Assembly: GCF_009914755.1 (NCBI RefSeq)
Contig: NC_060927.1
Origin: the human T2T-CHM13v2.0 reference genome, Homo sapiens
DNA length: 64,000 bases
Direction: 5' to 3' (one strand)
In this document: piece after piece, positions 1-13,619 of the stretch
How positions within the stretch are numbered: position 1 is the first letter of the stretch
How the letters are laid out: each line of letters begins with the position of its first letter
Made by a program: the position numbers and the translations under genes
The notes under the pieces: generated by a model
The model's database searches: none
Told to the model about the DNA's origin: nothing
Seen by the model: the letters and a program-made list of their open reading frames with translations, nothing else

Positions 1-262
1 ACCATCCCTCATGGCGTGGTCCCTCACGGCTTCCCTTGGCTAGGTGGGTGAGTTTCCCAACCCCTTGTGCTTCCTTCCTGGGTGAGGTGATGCCCTATCC
101 TGCTTCAACTCGCCCTCCGTGGGCTGCACCCACTGTGTAACTAGTCCCCGTGAGATGAACTGGGTCCCTCAGTTGGCAATGCAGAAATAACATGCCTCCT
201 TCCTTGGTTTTGCTGGGAGCTGCAGACCGGAGCTGTTCCTTTTCGGTCATCTTGCCCGGAAA
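1..262 (-). mobile_element. 5' terminus (5'UTR/promoter end) of an L1PA LINE-1; the element continues off the left edge
   Basis: Reverse complement reads CAAGATGACCGAAAAGGAACAGCTCCGGTCTGCAGCTCCCAGC..., matching the L1PA 5' end. Confidence 0.85.
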
Positions 263-462
263 ATCTCTTATCAGAAATTTTGTAGGTTGTTTGGGACTTT
301 CTTTGTAGACAGTCATTCTTTATTTCTAATCTTTTATTTTATCTTTTTGCTGTTTCTTACTGATGAAGCCCTTTAATACAATATATAATAAATATACAAT
401 AAGAGTAGTAAGAGCAGACATCCTCAATATGACTATTATTACTCTTTTAAATTATTGTCACT

Positions 463-465
<3 letters not shown>

Positions 466-497
<32 letters not shown>

Positions 498-782
498 TTG
501 AGACAGGGTCTTGCTCTGTCAGCCAGGCTGTAGTGCAGTGGCATGATCATGGCTCACTGCAGCCTTGACTTCCTGGGCTCAAGAGATCCTCCCACTTCAA
601 CCTCCTGCGTAGCTGGGACCACAGGCAAGCACCACCATGGCTGGCTAATTTTTTATTGTTTGTAGAGATAGGGTCTCCTTATGTTGCCCAGGCTGGTCTT
701 AAACTCCTGGTTTCAAGTGATCCTTCTGCTTTAGCCTTCCCAAATGCTGGGATTACAGGCATGAACCATGACGACGCCCAGC
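466..782 (-). mobile_element. Alu, J-type, with (TTTA)n tail
   Basis: Alu dimer; perfect TSD TATTGTCACTTTA at 453-465 and 783-795. Confidence 0.92.
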
Positions 783-1233
783 TATTGTCACTTTAGTGGA
801 TGAAAATGGTGAATTATTGTTAGCATTTGAATATTCCTGGTTACTAGTGAAGTTGAATATATGTATTAACCATGGTAATGCACTGCATAATGATGTTTTG
901 GTCAAGGATGAACTGTATATTAGACAGTAGCCCTGTAAGATTATAATGGATCTGAAAAGTTCCTTTTACCTAGTGACATAATGTCTTAGTGCAACACATT
1001 ATCTTTTCTATGTTTAGATACACAAATACTTACCATTATGTTATAATTGCCTACAATATTCAGTATAGTAATATGCTTTCCAGATTTGTAGCCTAGGAGC
1101 AATAGGCTATGCCCTACAGCCTAAGTGTACAGTAGGCAATACCATCTAGGTTTGTGTAAGTATACTCTGTGAGATTCACACAATAACAAAATTGCCTAAT
1201 GACACATTTCTTACAATGTACCCCTGTTGTTAA

Positions 1234-2031
1234 TGTTACTGAATATCAGTGGTTTGGTCTAGGTCCTGCTGCTGGCTGCACAGCAAGCCAATGACTGAGA
1301 CAAGTATTGCCAAGGAAGAAGGCTTTATTGGGTGCTGCAGTCGAGGAGATGGGAGATCAGTCTCAAATCCATCTCCCTGACCGACTAAAATTAGGGCTTT
1401 ATATAGCAGGGAAGAAATATAACAATGTATTGGAAAACAGGAACTAGAGAAGTGTAAGGAAACAAAATGAGGGGTCTGGCATCTCATTGGATGCAGTGAT
1501 CTGGTGAGTTTCAGTTCTTTGATACTTTTTGAGAAGCCTGGGGGGTCCTTTCTTGAGGAAGGAACTCAGATAAAACAAACGTAAGCTTTAAGACCAGAGG
1601 GTCAGTTTCTATGTTTATCCAAAATAACTGTCTGTGTGAGGGGTCTCCAACTCCCACACTGTGGACCAGTACCAGCCATTGGCCTGTTAGGAACCAGGCT
1701 GCACAGTAGGAGGTGAGCAGAAGGCAAGCCAGTATTACTGCCTGAGCTCCACCTCCTGTCCTGTCAACAGTGGCATTAGATTCTCATAGGAGAGAATCTA
1801 GCAAACCCTATTGTGAACTGCACATGCTAGGGGTCTAGGTTGCTTAATCCTTATGAGAATCTAAAAATACATTTAATGTGCTTGAGTCATCCTAAAACCA
1901 TCCCTCCACCTCCACCCCAACCCCTTCAACCCCCCTTCCTGTCTGTGGAAAGATTGTCTTCCACAAAATCAGTCCCTGGTGCTAAAAAGGTTGGGGACTG
2001 CTGGTCTATGGTACTATTGAGGTTGTTTTCA
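1234..2031 (-). mobile_element. Solo ERV1-class LTR (LTR26-like), interrupted by MER1B
   Basis: TG...CA termini; 4-bp TSD TTAA at 1230-1233 and 2032-2035; body resembles LTR26 as recalled. Confidence 0.7.
1638..2003 (+). mobile_element. MER1B-type hAT-Charlie MITE
   Basis: TIRs GAGGGGTCTCCAAC...GGTTGGGGACTGCTG; degenerate 8-bp TSD GTCTGTGT/GTCTATGG; ~365 bp. Confidence 0.8.
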
Positions 2032-3151
2032 TTAAGCGATAAATGACTATATTTGTATTTTTTGATAATTACCTCCATATATCCTTTGTAAATTTTTACA
2101 TTGGTTATTTAGTTGCTCTTATTTGATTTGTAAGTAATCTCTAGGTAATGAAGTTATTAATCTTGTGTATGTTGCAACTATTTTCTCCCAGTATGTTACT
2201 CATCTTAATTTAATATGGTGGGCTTCAGGGTATAGAAATTTTAAATATTGTAGAGTCACGTGTGTCAGGTTTTTTTTCTTTTATGATTTCTGGGTCTGTA
2301 GCTCACTTAAGAGGGCCTTTTTCACTCCAAGGCAATACAAATATTATATTTTTTCTTTTATATTTTTGCTTTTCAACATTTAGTTTTTTAATCCATCTGG
2401 AATTGCTCTTTCTGCATGGTGTGTGAAAGATGTAGCTTTATAATTATATAAATGGCTTACCAGTTGTTCCAACACTCATTTAATTAAATCTCATACTTTT
2501 TTCACTTCTTTGAGATGCCATATTTATCTTTTACCAAATGTTCATATATTAATGATCATGTTTTTGGATATTGACTTTTGTCCTTTTGAGGGACAGGATT
2601 CCTCCTGTGGTGGAATTCTACTATGGCAGTTTCTGCAGAGGGGCTCGTTCAACATTTAATCCAGTTCCTTTCAAATGTGAGAAGGCTAAAAGCTACACTG
2701 CACAACTTCTCTTGCAGTTGCAGTTCTGTTTGAGATTTAATATTTGGAAGGAGAAAATGGAACACAGTGTTTTGGAGGCTGCTCTTTGCCATCTGCTGGC
2801 AAGCACAGAGGAGGATGCATTTGAGTTTTCTATCACAGCTGTGGCGGAGGTGCCCTTGTCTGGCTCCACCTTGATACGGATTGTGACAAACGGGAGGCAT
2901 TATGCAGCCAGTAACTTCCTGATTCTTCGAGGCGCAGCTGCTCTCTTGGTGGCCTGATTGAGGCTTTGGGAGATGTTCCTGGAAACTCAGCCTAAGTTCT
3001 GTTTTGTTCGCTTTCCCAATGGTTCTGGAACTGTACTTCATATCTAGAATTATTCTTCTTATGCTAATTAGATAGATTCTGTTTTCTGAAAATGAGCACT
3101 GACACAATACATCTGTCATCATGTTTATTTTTTGCCAGAAAGTTCTGATTA

Positions 3152-3440
<289 letters not shown>

Positions 3441-3610
3441 TTCTTGTTATTCTAAAGTTTTTCTAAACTGATAAATTTTTAAATTATTTAGTTAGGTTCT
3501 ATTTTAAGAAATATTGTTTGGTATTTAAGTGCCATTGCATTACATTTAAGATTAAATTTGTGGAACTCATATCCTTCAAGTAGAAAAACTTTTTACCCAA
3601 AATATAGTAC

Positions 3611-5120
3611 TGAGAGGTGACAGCACGCTGGCAGCCCTTGCTCACTCTCGGCGCCTCCTCTGCCTGGGCTCCTGCTTTGGCAGCACTTGAGGAGCCCTTC
3701 AGCCCGCCACTGCACTGTGGGAGCCCCTTTCTGGGCTGGTCAAGGCCAGAGTCGGCTCCCTCAGCTTGCAGGGAGGTGTGGAGGGAGAGGCGCGGGCGGG
3801 AACCGGGGCTGCGGGCGGTGCTTGCGGGCCAGCGCAAGTTCCAGGTGAGTGTGGGTTCAGCGGGCCTGCACTCAGAGTGGCTGACTGGCCCCGCCGGCCC
3901 CAGTTAGTGAGGGGCTTAGCACCTGGGCCAGCAGCTGCTGTGCTTAATTTCTTGCCGGGCCTTAGCTGCCTCCCCATGGGGCAGGGCTGGGGACCTGCAG
4001 CCCGCCATGCCTGAGCCTCCCCTCCCTGCGTGGGCTCCTGCACAGCCTGAGCCTCTCTGACGAGTGCCGCCCCCTGCTCCACGGTGCCCAGTCCCATCGA
4101 CCACCCAAGGGCTGAGGAGTGTGGGCACACGGCGCGGGACTGGCAGGCAGCTCCACCTGTGGCCCCGTTGCGGGATCACTGGGTAAAGCCAGCTGGGCTC
4201 CTGACTCGGGTGGGGACTTGGAGGAGAACCTTTATGTTTAGCTAAGGGATTGTAAATACACCAATCAGCACCCTGTGTCTAGCTCAGGGTTTATGAATGC
4301 ACCAATCGACACTCTGTATCCAGCTACTCTGGTGGGGACTTGGAGAACCTTTATGTCTAGCTAAGGGATTGTAAATACACCAATCGGCACTCTGTATCTA
4401 GCTCAGGGTTTGTAAACACACCAATCAGCACCCTGTGCCTAGCTCAGGGTTTGTGAATGCATCAATCGACACTCTGTATCTAGCTACTCTGGTGGGGACT
4501 TGGAGAACCTTTGTGTCCACACTCTGTATCTAGCTAATCTATTGGGGACGTGGAGAACTTTTGTGTCTAGCTCAGGGATTGTAAGCACACCAATCAGCAC
4601 CCTGTCAAAACAGACCACTGGGCTCTCTGTAAAATGGACCAATCGGCAGGATGTGGGTGGGGCCAGATAAGATAATAAAAGCAGGCTGCTGGAGCCAGCA
4701 GTGACAACCCGCTTGGGTCCCCCTCCACACTGTGGAAGCTTTGTTCTTTCGCTCTTTGCAATAAATCTTGCTGCTGCTCACTCTTTGGGTCCACACTGCC
4801 TTTATGAGCTGTAACACTCACCACAAAGGTCTGCAGCTTCACTCCTGAAGCCAGCGAGACCACGAACCCACCGGGAGGAAAGAACAACTCCAGACACACC
4901 GCCTTAAGAGCTGTTAACACTCACCGCGAAGGTCCACAGGTTCACTCCTGAGCCAGTGAGACCACAAACCCCACCAGAAGGAAGAAACTCCGAACACATC
5001 CAAACATCAGAAGGAACAAACTCCGGACACGCCACCTTTAAGAACTGTAACACTCACTGTGAGGGTCTGCGGCTTCATTCTTGAAGTCAGTGAGACCAAG
5101 AACCACCAATTCCGGACACA
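3611..5120 (+). mobile_element. Solo LTR12C-type (HERV9/ERV9) LTR, copy 1
   Basis: TGAGAGGTGACAGC start, CCAATTCCGGACACA end, GC-rich 5' part, tandem U3 repeats with CCAATC and TGTATCTAGCT, U5 repeats; TSD GTAC/GTAT. Confidence 0.93.
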
Positions 5121-6227
5121 GTATGCCTACTTATTAATGTCTCTACAACTTCTTCAACTTCAAAGTATTATAACTTTCTTCATTTGTGTCTTGCACATTT
5201 TATGTTGAGTTTATTATTAGGTATTTTAAAGCTTTGGTTATTATTGTGAACAGCAATTTTTCCTTATATTTTTCTAAGTGATTTTTATTAATATCTTAAT
5301 TGAAGTTAAATTGGTATAATAAAGAGACCCCAAGTAGAATGAAGGATCAAGTAAGGTAGAAGTTTATTGCTTTTTCACAAAACATTCTAGCTGGCCTAGG
5401 ACCAGGTTCCATGAAGCTATTTGTGGACCCAGGTTCCTCCCGTCTTTTTGCTCTATCATTTTCTAGGGTGTTATTCTCATTCACATGGCTAAATCTGAGT
5501 TGCTGCTTTGTGCATTTTAACTCCAGTTTAGGGATTGAAATGCACCCTAAAATGTCCAAGCCCAGTTAAAAAGTCCAGGGCCAGACATGTCTTTTTGATT
5601 AAATGATATAGAAGTAGCCTGTATAATTTCCTCTTGGAATCCAATAGTGAGAAATTAGGCACATGGCCATAGCTAGCCATAAGAGACTTTGGGAATTGTA
5701 GTCTGTAGCTGGGTTGCTCTCAGCAGTTAAAATTCTATTCATGGGAGAAATGAATGGCGAGAAATAATTTGAGTGGCAACCCTCCTAGAAATAATCCCTA
5801 AGACTAAGACTTGGGTGGGGAAGAGGAACTTATTTGGGAGGAGATTCCAGGAGGCAATGCGAAGCAATAGGAAAGAAACAGAGGGTAGGAAACCAATATG
5901 AGTACATCTGTGAGTGGGATACTGCTTAGACAGCTGGGGCTCACCTCCCTTGGGAACACTCTGATAAACTGTGTAGAACACCTCTCAGAATTGATATACA
6001 AAGGAGAAGAAAAGCTCAGGTATTTATCCATGAACTCCCATTCCTTACTGGTTAAATGTGGCTCCTGGGGCATCAACTTCTGTGGCCTGACTGGTCCGTG
6101 GCAGAGAGCATCCTAAGGCAGACAGGCACAGGAAGCCATTGGCATTGTCCAGAGCAGTCAACAGAGGTCCTCCCGAGAGGGCCAAGAGGATGAGGATAGT
6201 GCAATAGCAGCATTTGCGACAGTCAAT

Positions 6228-6445
6228 GGGGGCAGCACACCTTTCCTGTAAAGGGCCAGATAGTATTTTAGGCTTTGTAGGCCATATCGTTTCTGTCACA
6301 ACTACTCAAATTTGCAACTGTAGAGTGAAAGCTGCCATAGACAATATGTAATATAAATAAACATGGCTGTGTTCTGATTACACTTTATTTCTGGACACTA
6401 ATATGTTGATTTCATATACTTTTCACAGGTCACAAAATATTATTT
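6228..6445. mobile_element. MER58-type hAT MITE, truncated by the adjacent L1
   Basis: CTGTAAAGGGCCAGATAGTATTTTAGGCTTTG...ACAACTACTCAA motif. Confidence 0.65.
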
Positions 6446-9400
6446 TGTTTTTTATTTTTGTGCATACATAGTACATGTATATATTTATAGGGTACATAAG
6501 ATACAAGCATATAATGTGTAATAATCACATCACATTAGGGTAAACAAAATATCCATCACCTCAAGTATTAATCCTTTCTTTGTGTTACAAACAACCTATT
6601 TATACTCTTCTAGTTATTTAAAAATGTACAATAAATTGTTGTTGACTGTAGTCACCCTGTTGTGCTATCAAATACTAGGTCTTACTTATTCTATCTAACT
6701 ATATTTCTGTACCCATTAACCATCCCCAGTCTGCCCCCACCCCCAGGCTCACTACCCTTACCAGCCTCTGGTAACCGTCATTCTATGCTCTATCTCCATG
6801 AGTTCAACTGTAATTTTTAGCTTCCACAAATAAGTGAGAACATGTGAAGCTTGTCTTTCTGTGCCTGGCTTATTTCGCTTAACATAATGACCTCTAGTTC
6901 CATCCATGTTATTGCAAATGACAGGATCTCATTCTTTTTTATGGCTGAATAGTACTCCATTGTGTATGTGTACTACATTTTCTTTATCTATTCATCTATT
7001 GATAGACACTTAAGTTGCTTCCAAATATTGGCTATTGTGAATAGTGCTGCGATAAACATGGGAGTGCAGATATCTCCTTGATATATTGCTTTTTAAAAAT
7101 ATTTTTTCCTTTTGAGTATATACCTAGCAGTGGGATTGCTGGATCACATGGTAGCTCTATTTTTAGTTATTTGAGGAACCTTCAAACTGTTCTCCATAGT
7201 GGTTGTACTTACTTATATTCCCACCAACAATGTATGAGAGTTTCCTTTTCTCCACATTCTCACCAGCATTTGTTATTGCCTGTCTTTTCGATAAAAGCCA
7301 TTCTATGAGATGATATCTCATTGCAGTTTTGATTTGCATTTTCTGATGATCAATGATGTTGAGCACCCTTTCATATACTTGCTTGTCATTTTTATGTCTT
7401 CTTTTGAGAAATGTCTATTCAGATCTTTTGCCCATTTTTTAAATGGGATTATTAGATTTTTTCCTATAGAGTTGTTTGAGCTCCTCATATAGTCTGGTTA
7501 TTAATCCCTTCTCAGATGGGTAGTTTGCAAATATTTTCTCCTATTCTGTAGGTTGTCTCTTCACTTTGTTGATTGTTTCCTTTGCTGTGCAGAGAAGCTT
7601 TTTAACTTGATATGATCCCATTTGTCTATTTTTGCATTGGTTGCCTGTACCTGTGAGGTATTGCTCAAGAAGTCTTTGCTCACTCCAGTGTCCTGGAGAG
7701 TTCCCCCCAGTGTTTTCTTTTAGTAGTTTCATAGTTTGAGATCTTAGATTTAAGTCTCTAATCCATTTTGATTATATGGCAAGAGATAGGGGTCTAGTTT
7801 CATTGTTCTGCATATGCATATCCAGTTTTCCCAGCACCATTTCTTGAAAAGATTGTACTTTCCCTAATACATGTTCTTGGAGCCTTTGTCAAAAATGAGT
7901 TCACTGTAGATGTATGAATTCATTTCTGGGCTCTCTATTCTGTTTCACTGACCTATGTGTCTGTTTTTATGCCAGTACTATGCCGTTTTGGTCACTGTAG
8001 CTCTGTAGTATGACTTGAAGTCAGGTAATATGATTCCTTCAGTTTTGTTCTTTTTGCTTAGGATTGTTTTAGCTATTCTGGGTCTTTTGTGGTTCCACAT
8101 AAATTTTAGGATTGTTTTTTCTGTTTCTGTGAAGAATGTCTTTGGTATTTTGATAGAGATTGCATTGGTATTTTGATTGTAGATTGCTTTGGGGAGTATG
8201 GACATTTTAACAATATTGGTTCTTCCAATTTATGAACATGGAATATCTTTCCATTTTTTTTGTGTCCTCTTCAATTTCTTGCATCTATGTTTTATAGTTT
8301 GTGTTGTAGAGTTCTTTCACTTCTTTGGTTAATTCCTAGGTGTTTAATTTTATTTGCAGCTATTGTAAATGGGATGACTTTCTTGATTTCTTTTTCAGAT
8401 TGTTTGCTGTCGGCATATAAAAAATGCTACTGATTTTTATATGCTGATTTTGTATCCTGCAACTTTACTAAATTTATCACTTCTAATAGTTTTTTTGTAG
8501 AGTCTTTATATTCTTCCAAATATTAAGTCATATCATTTATGAACAAGGATAATTTGACTTTTTAATGTGTTGCTGAATTCAGTTTGCTAGTATTTGGTTG
8601 AGGACTTTTGCATAAATGTTCATCAGGGATATTGGCCTGTAGTCTTTATTTTTATTTTTATTTTTTAATGTTTCTTTGTCTGGTTTTGGTATCAGGGTCA
8701 TACTGGCCTCATAGAATAAGTTTGAAAGTATGTTCTCCTCTGTTTTTCAGAATAGTTTGAGTAGGATTGATATTAGTTCTTTAAATGTTTGGTAAAATTC
8801 AGCAGTGAGGCCATTAGGTCCTGGGCTCTTCTTTGCTGGGAGACTTTTTATTATGGTTCGATCTCATTATTTGTTATTGATCTGTTCAGGTTTTGGATTT
8901 CTTCATTGTTTAATCTTGGTAGGTTGTATGTGTCTAGGAATTTATCCATTTCTTCTAGGTTTTCCAATTTATTGATGTACAGTTGCTCAAAGTAGCCTCT
9001 AATGATCCTTTGCATTTCTGTGGTATCAGTTACAACATCTCCTTTTATGTCTCTGATTTTATGTATTTTGGTCTTCTCTCTTTTTTTTCTTAATTAGTCT
9101 GGCCAAGGGTGTGTTGATTTTATCTTTTAAAAAAACTAATTGTTTGGGGTTGGTCTTTTGTATTGTTTTCTTTATTTTAATTTCATTTATTTCTGCACTG
9201 ATCTTTATTATTTCTTTTCTTCTATTAATTTTGGGTTTGGATTGCTCTTCCTTTTCTAGTACTTTAAGATGCATTGTGAGGTTGTTTATTTGAAGTTCTT
9301 CTACTTTTTAAATATTGGCACTTAGTATCTATAACCTTTCCTCTTAGTTGTGCTTTTGGTGTATCCCATACATTTTGGTGTCTTTTGTTTCCATTATTAT

Positions 9401-10250
9401 TTGTTTCAAGAAATTTTAAAATTTCCTTCTTGATTTCTTCATTAACCTACTAATCATTCAAGAGCATATTGTTTAATTTTCATTTGTTAATTTCCAAAAT
9501 TCCTGTTGTTACTGACTTCTAGTTTCATTCCGTTGTGGTCAGAGAAGATACCTGATATAATTTTAATGATTTTTGGATTTTTTAAAGGCTTGTTTTGTGG
9601 GCTAACATATAGCGTCTATCCTCGAGAATGATCCATGTGCTGAGGAGAAAAATGTGTGTTCTGCAGCCATTAAATGAAATGTTCTGTAAATATCGATCAG
9701 GTCTATTTGGTCTATAGTGCAGATTAAGTCTGATGTTTCTTTGCTGATTTTCTGTCTGGGAGATCTGTCCAATGCTGAAAGTGGGATGCTGCAGTCTTAT
9801 TGTATTGTATTGTATTAGGGTCTCTCTCTCTTTAATAATACTTGCTTTGTGTATCTTGCTGCTCCGGTGTTGGGTGGAGTGCCATATACTGACACTCAAG
9901 TCACAAGACAAAGTCCTTCGTACCCTTCCCTCCCCTTTCCAGAAGCAGAGGAGTCTCTCTATGGCTACCGCCAAACAAGGTGCACAGCTAGTTCTACCTG
10001 ACTATTGGTTATGTCCATTTGATTCCCCAAGGCTCTTCAGTCAGCTTGTGGTGAATGCTGCCAGGCCTGGGGCTCTGTTTTCTGGCCATTAAACTCTCTT
10101 CTGGCCTTGGACCAGAAGAGGTCCTGGAATCATGGACCCTAGGAGCCCTCTTGGTGCTGTACCCCTCTGTGGCTGAGCTTGTGCCTAAGCTGTGAGAGAA
10201 AGTCCTCCTGACTCTTCTCTCTCCTTTTATCAAGGGGAATGACTCCCTCT
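6446..10250 (-). mobile_element. Old L1 (L1MA1-3-like) with internal deletions: 3'UTR, ORF2 pieces and 5'UTR-like remnant
   Basis: Minus-strand ORF fragments are L1 ORF2-like (MSILPKAIY...[21 protein letters not shown]; KPKINRRKEIIKI; [12 protein letters not shown]). Confidence 0.85.
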
Positions 10251-11341
10251 CATACATACAATATGTATGTATTTTATCCATGTACAATACAACATACATA
10301 TACAATTATATGTATGTTAAAATTCTAGAAGTAAACCTTCTGGGTTTATATCGTACACTTTAATTTTGAAAATATGGCCAAATTCTTCTAAATAAATATT
10401 GTGCATTTTATGCTACTATCAGCAATGTGTTGATATATATATACAAAATTATATATATATATATATATATATAAGAAAAGTCACTGTAGCATTATTTATG
10501 ATAGTTAAAGAATTGTAAACCAGCCAAATACCCATCATATTTAAATATTAATAATTTATTATGTCAGCCATATTGTGGAATATTATGTAGCTATAAAAAG
10601 AGTAAAACAGATCCATGATAATAATAAAAATAACAAGTGGAATGTTTGTTAAAGGACAAATAAAAATGGCATCTGTTTGTATCTTTCGGGAGGGGAATTT
10701 ATTGGCTGGAGGATAGAGTGGGAGAAAGACGTAATTATTATAATGTATACTTTTGTTTCATCTTTTCTACCAATGCATACATTATCTATTTTACTACTGT
10801 TAATAAAATCTAAGTCCGTAAAACATCTGTGAGTGTTGAAAATTTTAATGCAGATTTTGTAAAGAGATTTACTAGACTAGTCTTTGCATATTTCTTGGTA
10901 AGATTTAAGAAGAATCCTCCAAAGAGACTTTGGTTCTCCTCCCAAAGTTCTTTTTCACTGTCAGTTCCCAAAGCGTTCTTTCACAGACCTTTCCCCACTG
11001 GCCTGTCTTGCCTTCTGAATCTCTTAATCTCCTCTCCTCTTCTCACATGGTATTTGATTAAAATATTTCAATATTAAAATACTTCCAGATAAACCCATAG
11101 AGAGAGTTTTTTTGGAAAAAATAAACCATACAGGTGTGCTCTGTTTTGAGTAACTGGTGTTTCTCAGCAAAGGACTTAAAACTCAAAGCAGTAGTTGGAA
11201 AGCGTTGCACATCTCAAATTTGCATGGGAAGACAGAGGGCTGAGTCACCTTGCCTTATGATTAAAGGGAGCCGAGTGATTAGCTTTCTCAGGACATTTCT
11301 ATGCCAGTTATTAAAATATTGTCTTTAAGATCCAAAACTAT

Positions 11342-12544
11342 CACTTTCAGGTACACCAATCAAACGTAGATTTGGTCTTTTCACATAGTCCCATATTTCA
11401 GAATGGGAGAAAATTTTTGCAATCTATCCATCTGACAAAGGGCTAATATCCAGAATCTACAAGGAACTTAAACAAATTTACAAGAAAAAAACAACCCCAT
11501 CAAAAAATGGGCAAGGGATATGAACAGACATTTCTCAAAAGAAGACATTTATGCAGCCAACAAACATGAAAAAATGCTCATCATCACTGGTCATTAGAGA
11601 AATGCAAATCAAAACCACAATGAGATACCATCTCATGCCAGTTAGAATGATGATCATGAAAAAGTCAGGAAACAACAGATGCTGGAGAGGTTGTGGAAAA
11701 ATAGGAACGCTTTTACACTGTTGGTGGGAGTGTAAATTAGTTTAACCATTGTAGAAGACAGTGTGGCTATTCCTCAAGGATCTAGAACTGGAAATACCAT
11801 TTGACCCAGCAATTCCATTACTGGGCTTATACCCAAAGGATTATAAATCATTCTATGATAAAGACACATGTACATGTATGTTTACTGTGGCACTATTCAC
11901 AATAGCAAAGACTTGGAAACAACACAAATGTCCATGAATGACAGACTGGATAAAGAAAATGTGGCACATATACACCATGGAATACTATGCAGCCATAAGA
12001 AAGGATGAGTTCATGTACTTTGCAAGGATGAAGCTGGAAACCATCATTCTCAGCAAACTATCACAAGATCAGAAAACCAAACACGGCATGTTCTCACTCA
12101 TAAGTGGGAGTTGAACAATGAGAACACATGGGCACAGGGAGGGGAACATCAGACACAGGGGCCTGTTAGCGGGTGGGGGGCTAGGGGAGGGATAACATTA
12201 GGAGAAATACCTAATGTAGGTGATGGGTTGATGGGTGCAGCAAACCACCAGGGCATGTGTATACTTATGTAACAAAACTGCATGTTCTGCACTTGTAACC
12301 CAGAACTTAAAGTGTATATATATATGTATAAATACATATATATACACACATATAGAGTGTATATATGTATGTGTATATATATGTGTATATATATGTATGT
12401 GTATGTGTATGTATATATGTATGTGTATATATATGTATGTGTATATATGTATGTATATATGTATGTGTATATATATGTATGTGTATATATGTATGTATAT
12501 ATGTATGTGTATATATGTGTGTGTGTGTATATATATATATATAT
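11342..12544 (+). mobile_element. 5'-truncated L1PA (PA7-like) with a 5' inverted ORF1 fragment and a microsatellite-converted tail
   Basis: ORF2 C-terminus ([20 protein letters not shown]...[21 protein letters not shown]) plus 3'UTR; degenerate TSD GATCCAAAACTAT (11329-11341) / GATCCCAAACCAT (12545-12557). Confidence 0.9.
12312..12544. repeat. Compound (TA/TG)n microsatellite
   Basis: Directly visible; occupies the position of the L1 poly(A) tail. Confidence 0.95.
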
Positions 12545-13103
12545 GATCCCAAACCATGCTTGTTTGCTCTATGACACTGGGGCTGGGACTGCTAACCCCA
12601 TTTCTGCTTTGCTAGCTGGCTTTCTGCTAGACTCTGTCATTAGGGGATGCCTGGTAGTTGGAGAAGGGAGAAAGACTTGCTTTCTTGCTTTCTGATTCTG
12701 AGAACATCATCCTAGCAACACATCTTTACCCTGGCAAGGAGAGTTTATTCCCTTAGTAGCAGTTGAGTTCAGTTTGCAGTTTTTCTAATACAAGCAAACC
12801 CAGTTTTATTTTATGCTCTCAGAGACACCAGTACCAGCTGGCTGATATCCCTAACTTGAGATCTGGGTGCTGTGAGTCTCATCTCTGAACTCAGGGGCAC
12901 TAGCAGCAGCCAGCAGTACTTACTCCTCAGAGGCATAAGGCTCAGCTCCAAGAAGCCCCTCCTCTAATCGTCTACATATTAATAATTCCAACCTCTTCCC
13001 TTCATACCCTTAAGGCCTCCAGGTGGCAGCTTCTTACTGCGTTTGCTTCCTTTAAGAGTGCTTGCTTTCTCTAAAACAATTTTTCAGTATCGAGTTAACA
13101 ATT

Positions 13104-13392
13104 TTTTTTTTTTTTTTTTTGAGACGGAGTCTCGCTCTGTCGCCCAGGATGGAGTGCAGTGGCCTGATCTCGGCTCACTGCAAGCTCCACCTTCCTGGGT
13201 TCATGCCATTCTCCTGCCTCAGCCTCCTGAGTAGCTGGGACTACAGGCACCAGGCACCACGCCCAGCTAATTTTTTGTATTTTTAGTAGAGACGAGGTTC
13301 ACCATGATGGCCTTGATTTCCTGACCTCATGATCCACCCGCCTCGGCCTCCCAAAATGCTGGGATTACAGGCGTGAGCCAACGCGCCCGGCC
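13104..13392 (-). mobile_element. Alu, Y-like
   Basis: GCAAGCTCC and TTCATGCCATTCTCC diagnostics; perfect TSD GAGTTAACAATT at 13092-13103 and 13393-13404. Confidence 0.92.
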
Positions 13393-13619
13393 GAGTTAAC
13401 AATTATTTACATTAAATTCTCTCTGCTGAAATAACTAGTGAAACTAGTCCCTCACTGGTACAGCAGTAGTGGTGTGTCCAGGATCTGAAAGTAGAAAGGA
13501 TGAAATGTAGGTTCTCACTGTGTTCTGCAAATAGTGTGAAGAATCCTATGTGAAACGTCCTCTCCATAAACTGTGTATAGTTGACATAGAAAGGAACAAA
13601 TTCCTTAAAGAAGATAGTG

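Larger units (their letters stand above)
872..2051 (-). mobile_element. Tigger3/GOLEM(MER7)-type DNA transposon, split by an LTR insertion at 1234-2031
   Basis: AGCCTAGGAGCAATAGGCTAT and CCATCTAGGTTTGTGTAAGTA motifs; terminal TTAAGCGATAAATGACTATA resumes at 2032 after the LTR. Confidence 0.75.

Noticed and set aside
4200-4640. Regularly spaced repeats superficially like a CRISPR array
   Set aside because: These are the LTR12 U3 tandem enhancer repeats in primate DNA; no unique spacers and no cas genes.
3499-4920. Cluster of 60-140 aa GC-rich ORFs (and the similar set at 29867-31417)
   Set aside because: All lie within LTR12C sequence; open frames reflect GC content and recur in both LTR copies.
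12149-12695. ORFs rich in Y/I/H/C/V/M
   Set aside because: Translations of the TA/TG microsatellite.
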